A stretch of 64,000 nucleotides of DNA from a bacterium (GCA_032250835.1 JAVVEA010000003.1:153458-217457), one strand, 5' to 3'; shown: positions 47,915 to 58,826, numbered from the stretch's first letter. The notes: a model not told the origin generated them from the sequence alone. Program-made: numbers and translations.

Positions 47915-48618
47915 AACGACTCTGCACCCTCTCGGCCCGTGGCGGTTCTAAAGGCGTCAAAAATAAAAACCTGCGCCTCTTGGGCGATAAGCCTCTACTG
48001 GCCCACAGCATCCTTCAGGCCCGCGAGTCGGGACTTTTTGACCTCATCGCCATCAACAGCGACTCAGAAGATATCTTGCAAGTCGGGCGGGATTTTGGTG
48101 CCGACTACTGCCTGCGCCGCCCCGACGAACTAGCGACCGACCTTGCCGCCAAACTCCCGGCGATCCAGTGGGGGGCGCAGGAGGTGGAACGCTTAAGCGG
48201 CCTGACCTTTGATACCTTCGTAGACCTCGACGCCACCAGTCCCTTGCGCTTGCCCAGCGACATCATCGGGGCCGTTGAATTATTAGAAAGCCAGGGGGCT
48301 GATAACGTGATCACCGGCTGTCCTGCCAGGCGCTCTCCCTATTTTAACTTAGTCGAAACCGACGATTCGGGCCGGGCCAGCTTGTCGAAGCAATTGCCCC
48401 AAGCGGTGGTGCGGCGTCAAGACGCCCCGAAGTGTTTTGACATGAACGCCTCCATTTATGTTTGGCGGCGTGAGTCTTTTTACGGGTCCCAGCGTATTTT
48501 TATGGAAAAGACCCTGCTTTTTGAAATGCCCGAAGAACGCAGTCCTGACATTGATAGTGAGTTAGACTGGGAAATCGTTCAGTTTTTGTATCTAAGATCA
48601 AATACCTCTAAGACGTAG
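47911..48618 (+). CDS. Acylneuraminate (nonulosonate) cytidylyltransferase
   Basis: ARGGSKGVKNKN, ATSPLR, RRQDAP, DID. Confidence 0.9.
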   Translation: MKRLCTLSARGGSKGVKNKNLRLLGDKPLLAHSILQARESGLFDLIAINSDSEDILQVGRDFGADYCLRRPDELATDLAAKLPAIQWGAQEVERLSGLTFDTFVDLDATSPLRLPSDIIGAVELLESQGADNVITGCPARRSPYFNLVETDDSGRASLSKQLPQAVVRRQDAPKCFDMNASIYVWRRESFYGSQRIFMEKTLLFEMPEERSPDIDSELDWEIVQFLYLRSNTSKT

Positions 48619-48753
48619 TCCTAGGGCCTTTTTAGGAAAGAGAATTTATGGTGAAAAAGGGGACTGGAACTTTGCTATGGATTGCGCTATCCTTTGAGTC
48701 CAAAACCCGATTCTCAAGGGTTGGAATTTTAGCCAGACAGCAGCGAGCAACTG

Positions 48754-49404
48754 ATGATCAAAATCCTGTTAGCCGACGACCATAAAATCATGCGCGATGG
48801 CATGACCCTACTGATGCAACGCGAGGGTGACCTAGAAGTGGTCGCCGAAGCGGACGATGGGGAAGAAGCGGTCCGCTTGGCTTACCAAACCCGCCCCGAT
48901 GTGGTGTTGATGGACATCAACATGCCCGGCATGGACGGAATTGAAGCAACCCGTAAGATTTTGGCCGAACTACCCGAAGCCCGTGTGATCGCCCTAACCA
49001 GCCACACCGAAGGCAAAATGGTGCAGGAGATGTTCCGCGCCGGGGCACTGGCCTTTTTAGGCAAAAACTGCTCGAACCAAGAGATTTTAGATGCCGTACG
49101 CTCGGTGATGACCGAGAAGTATTACATCAGCGAGGAGATGACCGGGAAGGTGATCGAAGACTTTGTGTTGCAACACATCCCGCAGATCACCGAAGTGAGC
49201 GACAAACTGACGAACCGCGAAAAAGAAGTGCTGCGCATGATCGCCGAGGGATTTTCCACCAAGAAAATCGCCGAGACACTTAACTTAAGCAGCAAAACCG
49301 TCGGTGCCCACCGCGAAAACCTGATGAAGAAATTAGACCTACACAACGTAGCCCAGCTAACCCGCTACGCCATCCAAAAAGGCCTGATCTCGCTGCATCC
49401 TTAA
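48754..49404 (+). CDS. NarL/FixJ-family response regulator
   Basis: LLADDH, VVLMDINMP, LTNREKEVL...HRENLMKKL. Confidence 0.93.
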   Translation: MIKILLADDHKIMRDGMTLLMQREGDLEVVAEADDGEEAVRLAYQTRPDVVLMDINMPGMDGIEATRKILAELPEARVIALTSHTEGKMVQEMFRAGALAFLGKNCSNQEILDAVRSVMTEKYYISEEMTGKVIEDFVLQHIPQITEVSDKLTNREKEVLRMIAEGFSTKKIAETLNLSSKTVGAHRENLMKKLDLHNVAQLTRYAIQKGLISLHP

Positions 49405-49687
49405 AAAACGCCCTGCGTTTTCCTCGGCCAGGGGCTCCGCCGGTGCCCCTACCAGCCTCCTTCGGCCTATCCCTAGGCCACTCGTTCCCTAAAATAGAAA
49501 AACATTGTGGCCACCAAGGGGCACTTGCTTCTGTGGCTTTGCGGTGCGCCTGAGGTTTCTCTAGACGGCCCTTTGTTGAGCTCATCTCAAGTTCAACGCT
49601 CTGATTCGACTTGGAACTCTTGGGTTTCCATAGTAGCTTATTTTTCAGATGAATAGAGGCTTCAACACACCCAGCACTCAACCTCCT

Positions 49688-52600
49688 ATGGCCGTCCCTC
49701 TAATCCGTAGCTTTACCCCCTATGTGGAGCCCTCAAGGTCATCTGAATATTTTGGTTTATCGGCAACCAACCTTAATTGGGAGACTTTACTTGCCTCGCC
49801 TCATGTCATTATTTTGGGGCAACCGGGGGTGGGGAAGACCTTTGAGATGCGGCAGGCGGCTGATCAGCTTCATCTGGAGAACAAAGAGCTTTTCTACTGT
49901 ACCGCTACTGACGTCTTACTTAGAAGGCCCTTGCAGGTGCCTGATCAGCCTCGATTTCAACAAGCTCAGGAGCAGGGCAAAGGTTTAGTTTTTTTGATCG
50001 ACTCATTGGACGAGGGCAACTTGCTTCCTCAAGGTGGCAAGGTAAGGACGCTTTTTGAGGCCTTTTACCGTTCGCCTGATCTTGGCCAAGTGGACAAAAA
50101 ACAGTTACATTGGGTGATTTCAGTGCGGCCAACCTATTGGGCCTTACTCCCAGATCGGGAGCTCGCCCAGGACTACGCATTTGCTACGCCGCGAAAACAT
50201 ACCGATGCCGGGCTAGGCGAAACTGAAGCGCACAAAGAGAGCGAAGAAAAAGCCGAGGCGCTTCGGGTTTCCCGGCCAGAAAAGAGTGAAGCCCGCCTTC
50301 TTGAAGTCACCCTCAACCCATTGGATTACGAACAAGTAAAAGCCTATTGTCATCAGATGTTCCCTCAAGACGGTGGTGATTTTTTTCGGGCCATGGAAAC
50401 ACAAGGGAAATGGGCTAATCTGCCGCGGGAAATCAAATATTGGTTCAACTTTTGGCGCAACAATGGCTCCTTTGGGACCCGAAAGGAGCGGATGAAGGAC
50501 TATTGCGCTACTTTGCTGGACGAGGCCAACGAAGACCTCAGAGTGGGCATACCCGATGCCCAAAAGTTGGCAAGTCGACTAGCAGCTGCTTTGGTTTTAG
50601 TAGAAGTTGGGCAATTGGCCCCGGTTGATAGGGACTCAGATAAGGGTCTGGATTTGTCTATAATGCTTCCCGAGTTGCCTACCGCTCGCCAATTAACTTC
50701 CCTTATAGACAGGGCCGCATTTAAAGACTCGGGAACCAACGTTGCCTTTGTCGACACCGAGGTACGCGATTTTTTAGCCGCTTGCTGGATTTTTGAGCAG
50801 TCCAAAGTGGGACCGGCTTACGAACTGTGCGAGTTCTTTTTTGCTTCCTCAGAAATAGGTCCACTGGCTAACCGGAAAGTACCTGAAGTCCTGGCTTGGA
50901 TCGGTCAGTTTGAGCAAGGACCCCGGTTCTTTCGACCCCTCCTAAATGCGGCACCCGACCTGTTGATCAGTCAGGGCGATCCAGCATTGTTGTCAGACTC
51001 CAACCTGAAACTAGTACTCGAAGCGATCCGCCATTTTCCGTACAATCTGGTGCAGGGCTACCGCGCACCAGCTATCCGGAACCAACTCAGTCAGTCAATA
51101 GGTCGCCTTTCATTGATGGACTATTATCAAGAGGTGATTGAAGACATTGTCTGCCCCCCTGGTTTACGTACACTCTTGCTACAAGTGGTTTCGCTTTCTC
51201 AACCGGCTCGCTTTGGCAAGTTAGCTGCAGATATTATCCAAGACGAAAACCAGCCATACCCATGCCGTTATGCAGCGGTAGACATTTGCGAGAAAGCCGC
51301 AGATTCTGACGTGTTCACTTCCCTGCGCGAGTACTTTTTGGTCTTGCCCGTGACGGTTTCCCAGCAACTCCGCCTGGATCTATTAGAACTTTTATATCCT
51401 CAGCATCTATCGGTCGAGGAAGTGCTCGCTTTTTTTAAAGGTGGGGACCTCAGGTTGGGCAACACTTTCCTGACGGATAGGGACTATCTAGTTAAAGGCG
51501 TAGCGGATCAAACAAAAGACGAAGACCTATTGGAATTTTTTAGAGGTTTGGCAAACCTCATAGCGGACATAAAAAAGCCCTTGGAATCGCCAACCGGGCT
51601 CCAAACCAAAGAGCAATACAGGTGGGCGTTAGCCACCTTGGGCGCTGTATTCGAGCGATTATTTCTCACGTGGGATGAAGGGCAAAGCATAGCCCCTTTG
51701 GGAGATGCTGTTCGAACTCTTTCTGCGCTGGGGTTACATGGCCGGACCAAGCAATGGTCGTTTGAAGCCGCCTATAGTACGCGCCCAGAACTACGAAAAC
51801 AGCTCATAACAGCGGCCCTTTGGTCAACACCGGAACGGTTTTACGGGCGCTATTTTTACAGCGCCCTATATTTAACTGAAAGTGACCTCGCATGGATATT
51901 ACCCAAAATTGGTATTCAAGAAAATGAGGCAATTGATATAAGTCTGTGGGATTTAGCGCGGTCCTTCGTAGATTCAGAAGGTCTGCAAATACATAAAGAG
52001 CAACTATTGCAGCAATCTCGCGATAAACCTCGTCTACATCAAACACTCCGAAATTACCTCGATGCGCCCAAGCAACAGCCCCTTAAGTTGCCAGATTTAG
52101 GATCTCAATTAGAGTACGATATTCGCTTTCAAGCTGGCTTCAAACAGTGTCAAGAATTGCTTCCTCATCTTCAAGCCATCGAGACTGACGCAAAAGGGGA
52201 TTTGTTAATGCGTGTCTGGGATTTTGCCGAGGAGTACCGAAATTTCTCGGGTTCAAACCGGTCAGAAATTCCTATCGACCGATTCGATTTTGAACCAAAA
52301 GAGTTAAGCCGAGCTTTCCGCAAGGGGCTAGTTTTTTACTTTGAACATTTTGCCGCCACGCAGCCGACACCAGACAGTTCCACTTACGGTGACGTGTTAG
52401 CCTTGGTAGCATGTCAGTTGATCGCTTCGGTAGAAGGTGTACAAGCATTCGACCAATATAGGGCTCGCAAGGCTCTGCAACTTGGTTTTTACGAACTCAA
52501 CCAGTTTCCTTGGTGGTGGACATCACTAGCTTCTCGACATTTTGGGGTCCTTGAGGAAATCTTACCGCCTCTTTTCGAAGCAGAAATGAGAGCAACAGGG

Positions 52601-53989
52601 ACTGAAGAAAGGCCGCGACATGCACAAGTACTCAATCATTTTTCGGCTCTAGCGCTTGAATATTCTATCAAGCAAGAAATGCCGAAGGAATCAAAGTCAG
52701 GAAACGACCTGTTTGGGCAGGAGGACCGTTCTCTCACAGAATCCGAGTTGGAGCTGCAACATGCATTAAGTGCCTGTGCAGCCTCCATGCTTTGGCCGCT
52801 GTTTCAAACTATCCCCCCAAAATCAGTACATATTTTGGAGGCTGCACTGGCCATTTTACTTCCTCATTTTGGGAGCGATCCAAAACTAGTCCAGTTAATT
52901 TCCCAGCGGGCGCAGAACGAAGGAACACCCCAAGACGGGAAAATCGCCCAAAAATATTGGTCTGCTTGGCTGCGGTTGGAACCTAAATCTTGTTGGATTG
53001 CGGTTCGAAAAATATTGCCTGAGGACCTTCCAGTTAAGCAGGCGGTTTTGGAAGCGGTTTTTGATCACTCCTACCACGAAGCACATGATCAACGGGTCAA
53101 CTGGCTTGGTAGTCTAAGCGTGAACTTGCTGGACGAAATGCTGATTGCTTTTGCTACGGCATTTCTTTACGAGACGGATCCACGCAGAGAAAGAGTTCGG
53201 GTCCTTACCAGGACAAGGACAGGGATTGAGACTCGCGACCAGTTACTGCAGACTTTGGGTACGCATACCGATTCCGTTGCGGCCTACAACTCTTTGCTTG
53301 GTTTATTGCAAAATCCCCTTTTTCAGGGGAGGTATTACGAAATATCGGGGCATTTGGCGAGTATAAGAGGATTCCTATATTCACCAGCCCCCTGGAAGGC
53401 ATCCGACGTTTTGGAGTTCGAGCACTCCCACACCCACCAACCTAAAGACGCTCAACAGTTCTTCAAGCAAATCTGCAACCGCGTTGAGATGGCTCAAGAG
53501 CGCCTCCTTATAAGCGACTTTGCGCCCATGTATTTGATCAACAACAAAGCCTCCGAAGCGGACTTTCAGTTCTGGCTAAGTGATCAACTGGACCACAACT
53601 CCAATGGGTACCATGTGGGGATGGAGGAGATGAAATCCAACCGAAACCGCCGTGACATCACAGTAAGCCGTTCAAGTGAGCAGGGCCACTGGACCGTTGT
53701 CGTTGAAGCCAAATTGATCGAAGGCTCTAGATACAGTGCAAACGATCTTTTTTCGGCGCTAGAAAAACAGCTAGTAGAGCGCTACTTAGTAGGACCTGAA
53801 TCCGAGAAGAAAGGGGGCATCCTCTGGGTCGTCAAAAAACGCGATAAGACGTTCCTCTGGGAAGGCGAGACCTTGGAGTTTGCGGAGTTGATTGCCCGGC
53901 TCAACGAAAGAGCACAAGCCCTTGCCCGAGAAAAGGGGCTGGTGGGGTTGCGGGTTATGGGGGTTGATTTGAGGTCCAGCCGCATTTGA
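49688..53989 (+). CDS. Large NACHT/STAND NTPase with putative C-terminal restriction-endonuclease-like domain
   Basis: Walker A GQPGVGKT, Walker B FLIDSLDE, ISVRP; C-terminal RRDITV...VVVEAKL; start could be 49649. Confidence 0.75.
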   Translation: MAVPLIRSFTPYVEPSRSSEYFGLSATNLNWETLLASPHVIILGQPGVGKTFEMRQAADQLHLENKELFYCTATDVLLRRPLQVPDQPRFQQAQEQGKGLVFLIDSLDEGNLLPQGGKVRTLFEAFYRSPDLGQVDKKQLHWVISVRPTYWALLPDRELAQDYAFATPRKHTDAGLGETEAHKESEEKAEALRVSRPEKSEARLLEVTLNPLDYEQVKAYCHQMFPQDGGDFFRAMETQGKWANLPREIKYWFNFWRNNGSFGTRKERMKDYCATLLDEANEDLRVGIPDAQKLASRLAAALVLVEVGQLAPVDRDSDKGLDLSIMLPELPTARQLTSLIDRAAFKDSGTNVAFVDTEVRDFLAACWIFEQSKVGPAYELCEFFFASSEIGPLANRKVPEVLAWIGQFEQGPRFFRPLLNAAPDLLISQGDPALLSDSNLKLVLEAIRHFPYNLVQGYRAPAIRNQLSQSIGRLSLMDYYQEVIEDIVCPPGLRTLLLQVVSLSQPARFGKLAADIIQDENQPYPCRYAAVDICEKAADSDVFTSLREYFLVLPVTVSQQLRLDLLELLYPQHLSVEEVLAFFKGGDLRLGNTFLTDRDYLVKGVADQTKDEDLLEFFRGLANLIADIKKPLESPTGLQTKEQYRWALATLGAVFERLFLTWDEGQSIAPLGDAVRTLSALGLHGRTKQWSFEAAYSTRPELRKQLITAALWSTPERFYGRYFYSALYLTESDLAWILPKIGIQENEAIDISLWDLARSFVDSEGLQIHKEQLLQQSRDKPRLHQTLRNYLDAPKQQPLKLPDLGSQLEYDIRFQAGFKQCQELLPHLQAIETDAKGDLLMRVWDFAEEYRNFSGSNRSEIPIDRFDFEPKELSRAFRKGLVFYFEHFAATQPTPDSSTYGDVLALVACQLIASVEGVQAFDQYRARKALQLGFYELNQFPWWWTSLASRHFGVLEEILPPLFEAEMRATGTEERPRHAQVLNHFSALALEYSIKQEMPKESKSGNDLFGQEDRSLTESELELQHALSACAASMLWPLFQTIPPKSVHILEAALAILLPHFGSDPKLVQLISQRAQNEGTPQDGKIAQKYWSAWLRLEPKSCWIAVRKILPEDLPVKQAVLEAVFDHSYHEAHDQRVNWLGSLSVNLLDEMLIAFATAFLYETDPRRERVRVLTRTRTGIETRDQLLQTLGTHTDSVAAYNSLLGLLQNPLFQGRYYEISGHLASIRGFLYSPAPWKASDVLEFEHSHTHQPKDAQQFFKQICNRVEMAQERLLISDFAPMYLINNKASEADFQFWLSDQLDHNSNGYHVGMEEMKSNRNRRDITVSRSSEQGHWTVVVEAKLIEGSRYSANDLFSALEKQLVERYLVGPESEKKGGILWVVKKRDKTFLWEGETLEFAELIARLNERAQALAREKGLVGLRVMGVDLRSSRI

Positions 53990-54054
53990 CCGTATCGGTC
54001 TTACGCTTGGCTATCGAGAAGAAATGGCAAAATTCGCCACCTGCTCCCAAAATC

Positions 54055-54456
54055 CTACCGGATATTATGTTCCTTAAAAAGCGGAATGTACTTTTGGTCT
54101 TCGCCTAAGATGTGGCTGACGAGCCAGTCGGTCATGAAGGTCATGACGTCCACGCCAATCATGAAATTGCTGCTGCTGTCGAACTGGCTTTTTAACTCGT
54201 GCAGTTTGCGGGTGAAGCTTTCGTGCTTGGCTAAGTGGTCTTCGGCGCGTTCGTAGCCGATCTGTGCGAAGATTTCGGCTTCGTGCGAAAAGTGATCTTC
54301 GGTGTATTCTAGCAGCCCTTTAAAGATGTCTTGCAGTACCGCTTTCGATTCGCCTTGGCCCATGGCGGTCTGCAATTGCGCAATTAGGCCGAAGAGTTTC
54401 TGGTGCTGTTGGTCAATGGTGCCGATCCCTACGGCGAGGCTTTCATCCCACTTCAT
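54055..54456 (-). CDS. Bacteriohemerythrin
   Basis: WDESLAVG..IDQQH, HFSHE, HLAKH, WLVSHILGED. Confidence 0.93.
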   Translation of the reverse strand: MKWDESLAVGIGTIDQQHQKLFGLIAQLQTAMGQGESKAVLQDIFKGLLEYTEDHFSHEAEIFAQIGYERAEDHLAKHESFTRKLHELKSQFDSSSNFMIGVDVMTFMTDWLVSHILGEDQKYIPLFKEHNIR

Positions 54457-54716
54457 TGGTACCAATCTACAAATCTGTAATTGCGTAAAATTAGGCCGAA
54501 CCCAAAAGGCCCCACCTTTGGAGAGAGCCCAGGCTAACCTACCCGAATCAGGCTGGCAACGGTCCAATTAACATCTAGTCAAGCAGATTACCTAAAGCTT
54601 TGAATCCGGGGGCCTTTTGTTAGCCTAAGCGGCCCTTGCCTGGACGCCTGTTTTTGCGGTAGGCCATAAGACACAAAGGCGGCAGTCGAGCCTTTTGCCA
54701 AAAAATTAGGAGCAAC

Positions 54717-56048
54717 ATGACCGATTGGATCAATCAATTAAACGGCCTCGTTTGGGGTCCGCCCATGCTGGCCCTGATCTTAGGCACCGGCTTGTTCCTC
54801 AGCCTGGGGCTCAAAGGCTTCCCGATCCGCAAACTTCCCGAAGGGTTCCGCCTGCTTTGGGCGGGGCGGCATTCACAAGAAAAGGGCGACATCACCCCTT
54901 GGGGGGCTTTAATGACCGCCCTGGCGGCAACGATTGGCACCGGAAACATCGCCGGGGTAGCTACGGCCATCTTTCTGGGCGGTCCTGGCGCGCTCTTTTG
55001 GATGTGGGTCACGGCTCTGGTCGGGATGGCCACCAAGTACGGTGAGGCGGTCTTGGCGGTACATTTTCGCGAGATCGACGCCAAGGGGGAGCATGTGGGC
55101 GGCCCCATGTATTACATCAAAAACGGCATGGGCCCCAAATGGGCTTGGCTCTCCTTCCTGTTTGCTTTCTTCGCCGCAGTGGCGGGCTTCGGCATTGGTA
55201 ATATGGTCCAAGCCAACTCGGTGGCTGATGTGGTGCAGTCCACTACTGGTCTGGATCATTGGGTGACCGGTTTGGTGTTGGCGGTTTTGGTGGCTTTGGT
55301 GCTTTTAGGCGGCATCCGCCGTATTGCCGAGGTGGCCGGTCGGTTGGTCCCGGCCATGGCGATTTTATATATTTTAGGCGCCCTCTCGGTCTTGCTGATC
55401 CATTTAGACCAGTTGCCCGGCGTGATGGCCGAAGTCTTTGCCCAGGCCTTTAGCCCCACCGCTGCCCAGGGCGGTTTTGCCGGGGCTGGGGTGTGGATGG
55501 CGATCCGCTACGGTGTGGCCCGAGGCGTTTTTTCCAATGAGGCGGGCTTGGGCAGTGCCCCTATAGCCCACGCCGCCGCCCAAACCAAAGACCCCATCAC
55601 CCAGGGCATGGTGGCCATGTTGGGCACCTTCATCGATACGTTGATTGTTTGTACCTTAACGGGCTTGGTGATTCTGGTCAGTGGCGCTTGGACCAGCGGC
55701 GAAACCGGAGCGGCTTTAAGCTCCATGGCCTTTGGTCGGGGCTTAGGGCCCACCGGAGAGTGGATCGTGGCCCTGGGCTTGGCCCTTTTCGCTTTCACTA
55801 CGCTGATCGGCTGGAGTTATTATGGCGAAAAGGCGGTGGAGTATCTGTTGGGTGTGCGGGCTATCGTCCCCTACCGGATCGCCTGGGTGCTTTGCATCCC
55901 TCTAGGCGCGACCACCAAGTTGAGTCTAGTCTGGCTGATCGCCGACACACTCAACGCTTTGATGGCGCTGCCTAACTTGATCGCCCTCGTCTTTTTGGGG
56001 CCTTTGATTTTCCGGCTAACGGCCCAGTGGGCCGCACAACGCAAGTAA
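54717..56048 (+). CDS. Alanine/glycine:cation symporter (AgcS family)
   Basis: ATIGTGNIAGVA, GGPGALFWMW, GGPMYY, RGVFSNEAGLGS. Confidence 0.93.
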   Translation: MTDWINQLNGLVWGPPMLALILGTGLFLSLGLKGFPIRKLPEGFRLLWAGRHSQEKGDITPWGALMTALAATIGTGNIAGVATAIFLGGPGALFWMWVTALVGMATKYGEAVLAVHFREIDAKGEHVGGPMYYIKNGMGPKWAWLSFLFAFFAAVAGFGIGNMVQANSVADVVQSTTGLDHWVTGLVLAVLVALVLLGGIRRIAEVAGRLVPAMAILYILGALSVLLIHLDQLPGVMAEVFAQAFSPTAAQGGFAGAGVWMAIRYGVARGVFSNEAGLGSAPIAHAAAQTKDPITQGMVAMLGTFIDTLIVCTLTGLVILVSGAWTSGETGAALSSMAFGRGLGPTGEWIVALGLALFAFTTLIGWSYYGEKAVEYLLGVRAIVPYRIAWVLCIPLGATTKLSLVWLIADTLNALMALPNLIALVFLGPLIFRLTAQWAAQRK

Positions 56049-56055
56049 CACGGCG

Positions 56056-57456
56056 GTGAGGCGATACCTTTTAAATGCGGCGCTGCTAAGCAGCGGTGCC
56101 AGTGGGGCCGTTCTTTGGATCGCCTCTAACCGAATGTTAGCCCCCTGGTTTGGCTTGAGCGACAGCGGAGCGGCCTTGACCTCGGTGCTGCTGCTGGCCG
56201 CCGGACTGGGCGCTTGGCTGGGCGGTTGGGCGGTCGAGCACAGGCCCCAGGGATTACTGTTAACCCACAACATGACGGCCTTGGCGCTGGCCTGCCTGGC
56301 GGTCCCTAGTTTACGTGCGGGACTTAGCTCACTGTTCGGGCAGCCCAGCCTGTTGGCTAGCCCCTGGTTGGCCTCGATCCTGCTTTTTGGTTTGCCCGCT
56401 GCGGCTGGGGGGTTTTTGATGCCTCTGCTGTTGCGCCTGGGTTTGTTGTGGCAAGGGGACCGGGCCTTGGGTGCGGGGCTCGGCAGGCTGTTGGGGAAGC
56501 AGTTGCTGGGATGCTGGCTGGGCTATTGGTTGGGACGGTATGGCCTGTTGCCTTGGCTGCGGATCGACGGCATCTTTTTAGGTCTGGGGCTCATTTGGGG
56601 GGTCTTGGCCTGCTGGGGGTATGTACTCTGGGCCCCGGGACGCTTTTCTAAGGGGAATTTGAGTCTCCTGGCGGTTTTGGCCGGGCTTTTGGCCACTTCC
56701 GGCGGGACGCTGGCCCGATTGCCGCTGCCCGAAGGGGTGGCTGCTGATCTCCAAGGGCCTGACGCCCGTTAACGATTGATCCACCGTACTGACCCCGAGG
56801 CCCCCAGTTGGACCTTGTGGCGCGACCTTGAGCGAGTCGAGCAGGTAGGTTCGGAACCCGAACTTTTGGCTTGGGAATTGGCCGCTTGGGCAGGCCCGAT
56901 GCCTCGGCAGGTTTTGTTGTGGGGCCCCGGCAGTCTGGCTTGGGCGGTGCAAATCAGGTCCCGTTTTCCCTCGGCCCAGTTGACTTGGCTCAACCCCGAG
57001 GCGGCCTGGGTGGAACTGGCCCAGCGGCTACCGGGCGGGGAGGCCTTGGTGCGCCGCCAAGCGGACCCACGCCAATGGTTGGCCGGGCACCGCCAAAGTT
57101 ATGATTGGATCTTATCGGCCCAGGGACCCCGCCCCCCGGCAGCTTGGGCGAGCCAAGAGTTTTACCGGCTAGTGGCCAACCGCTTGACCCGCGAGGGGGT
57201 GTTTTTAACCGCTTTGGAGTCCCCCCGTGCCAGCCCGCTGAGCCGGTCCACCTCGGCTACTTTGGGCCGCGTGTTTGGCCATCGGCAGGAGTTTTTAGGT
57301 CCCCTGGGGCCGGTATGGCTGGCAGCGCCGCGCCCCTTTGGTCAAACCTCGAGCCCCGAAGCGTTGTCCTTTAAGCCCCAACCCTTGGGCCAGGAATCGG
57401 GTGCGGAGATTTTTAGCGATTTAGAAGCGCCGCTTGCGCGGCTAACATTACCTTAA
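56056..57456 (+). pseudogene. Fused membrane/spermidine-synthase-like protein split by in-frame TAA at 56770-56772
   Basis: both ORFs in same frame; TM half (RMLAPWFGLS) and degenerate methyltransferase half (SQEFYRLVANRLTREGVF). Confidence 0.6.
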
Positions 57457-57465
57457 GGATTGGTG

Positions 57466-58356
57466 ATGAAAAAGGCTCTTTGGCTTGGGTTGGTCTGGCT
57501 TTGCTGCCCTCTGGAACTTTGGGCCTTTGACGGGAACCAAGCGCTGCAACATATCCAAACCCAGTTGGATTTTGGTCCCCGTTATCCGACCAGTCCAGGG
57601 CACCAAAAGACCCGCCAATGGCTCATCCGACGCCTCGGCCCGCTGGCCGACCGGGTCGAAAAGGACCGCTGGGACCACGAAGATGCCCACAAAAAAGTTT
57701 ATGCTTTGGAAAACCTAGTTTTCCGGTTCCAGCCCCAACGCAAGCAGCGGCTGATTCTAGGGGCCCATTACGACAGCCGCCGCTTCGCCGACAAAGATCC
57801 GGCCGATCCGTTCGCCGCCTTGGCCGGAGCCAACGACAGCGCCTCGGGTGTGGCGGTCTTGGTGGAATTAGCGCCTCAGTTGGCGGCCTTGATCAAGGGC
57901 AAGGAGTGGGGCTTAGATTTGGTGTTTTTTGATGCCGAAGAAGGGGAGCTAGACCCCAAGGCACGGCCCTGGAAACCCATCGGTTCGATCCATTTTGCCA
58001 GCCAACTAAGCCGTTTTTATCCAGAACTTAAGCCCCAGTTGGCGATTGTCGTGGATATGGTGTGCGACAAAGATTTGCAGTTGAAGTTCGAGCGCTTCAG
58101 TCTCGACTCGGTACCCAAACAGGTTTGGCGGATGTGGGAGCTAGGGGCCCAGCAGAGCGATGGATTTATTGCCGAATATGGCTACGCCATCTACGACGAC
58201 CATTACCCCCTGATCCAAGCGGGTGTGCCGGCCCTGTTGCTGATTGATTACGACTACCCGGCCTGGCATACCCAGGCGGACCAGATCGACCAATGCAGCG
58301 CAAAGAGCCTGCAAGCGGTGGGGGACACGTTGCTTCAGTTCCTCAAAACCTATTAG
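57466..58356 (+). CDS. M28-family peptidase / glutaminyl cyclase-like
   Basis: FGPRYP, GAHYDSR, GANDSASG, FDAEE, DDH, WHT. Confidence 0.88.
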   Translation: MKKALWLGLVWLCCPLELWAFDGNQALQHIQTQLDFGPRYPTSPGHQKTRQWLIRRLGPLADRVEKDRWDHEDAHKKVYALENLVFRFQPQRKQRLILGAHYDSRRFADKDPADPFAALAGANDSASGVAVLVELAPQLAALIKGKEWGLDLVFFDAEEGELDPKARPWKPIGSIHFASQLSRFYPELKPQLAIVVDMVCDKDLQLKFERFSLDSVPKQVWRMWELGAQQSDGFIAEYGYAIYDDHYPLIQAGVPALLLIDYDYPAWHTQADQIDQCSAKSLQAVGDTLLQFLKTY

Positions 58357-58805
58357 GGGAGCTTGCGGTCCAGATGGGCTTCGTAGTTGACCAAGCGGCG
58401 GTCGTAGGTACCCTGCATCAGCGGCGAGCTGATCAGGAAATCGGCGGTTGCTCGGTTACAGGCCATCGGCAGGTTCCAAACCACCGCCAACCGCAGCAAG
58501 GCTTTGACGTCCGGGTCGTGGGGCTGGGCGGCTAAGGGGTCCCAAAAGAAGAAGAGGAAGTCCAAGCGCCGTTCGGTGATCATCGCGCCTACTTGGCTAT
58601 CTCCGCCTAGAGGGCCGCTGGCTAGCCCGACCACTTCCAACCCGCAACGCTCACGCAGCAGCCGACCGGTGGTCCCGGTGGCGACCAATTCGTGGTTCAT
58701 CAGCGTCCCTTTGTTGAAATTAGCCCATTCTAAGAGCGTCTCTTTGCGGTTGTCATGCGCCACTAGCGCAATCCGCTTGATCTTGTTGATGCGTATTTTG
58801 TCCAT
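58353..58805 (-). CDS. mgsA: Methylglyoxal synthase
   Basis: IALVAHD, ATGTTG, SGPLGGD, PHDPDVKALLR. Confidence 0.96.
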   Translation of the reverse strand: MDKIRINKIKRIALVAHDNRKETLLEWANFNKGTLMNHELVATGTTGRLLRERCGLEVVGLASGPLGGDSQVGAMITERRLDFLFFFWDPLAAQPHDPDVKALLRLAVVWNLPMACNRATADFLISSPLMQGTYDRRLVNYEAHLDRKLP

Positions 58806-58826
58806 TTCCTGATTGCCGATTGTGTT

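Noticed and set aside
54457-54716. Glycine riboswitch expected upstream of the alanine/glycine symporter
   Set aside because: GGAGAG is present but the CCGAAG and CTCTCAGG elements are missing; no other riboswitch consensus recognised.
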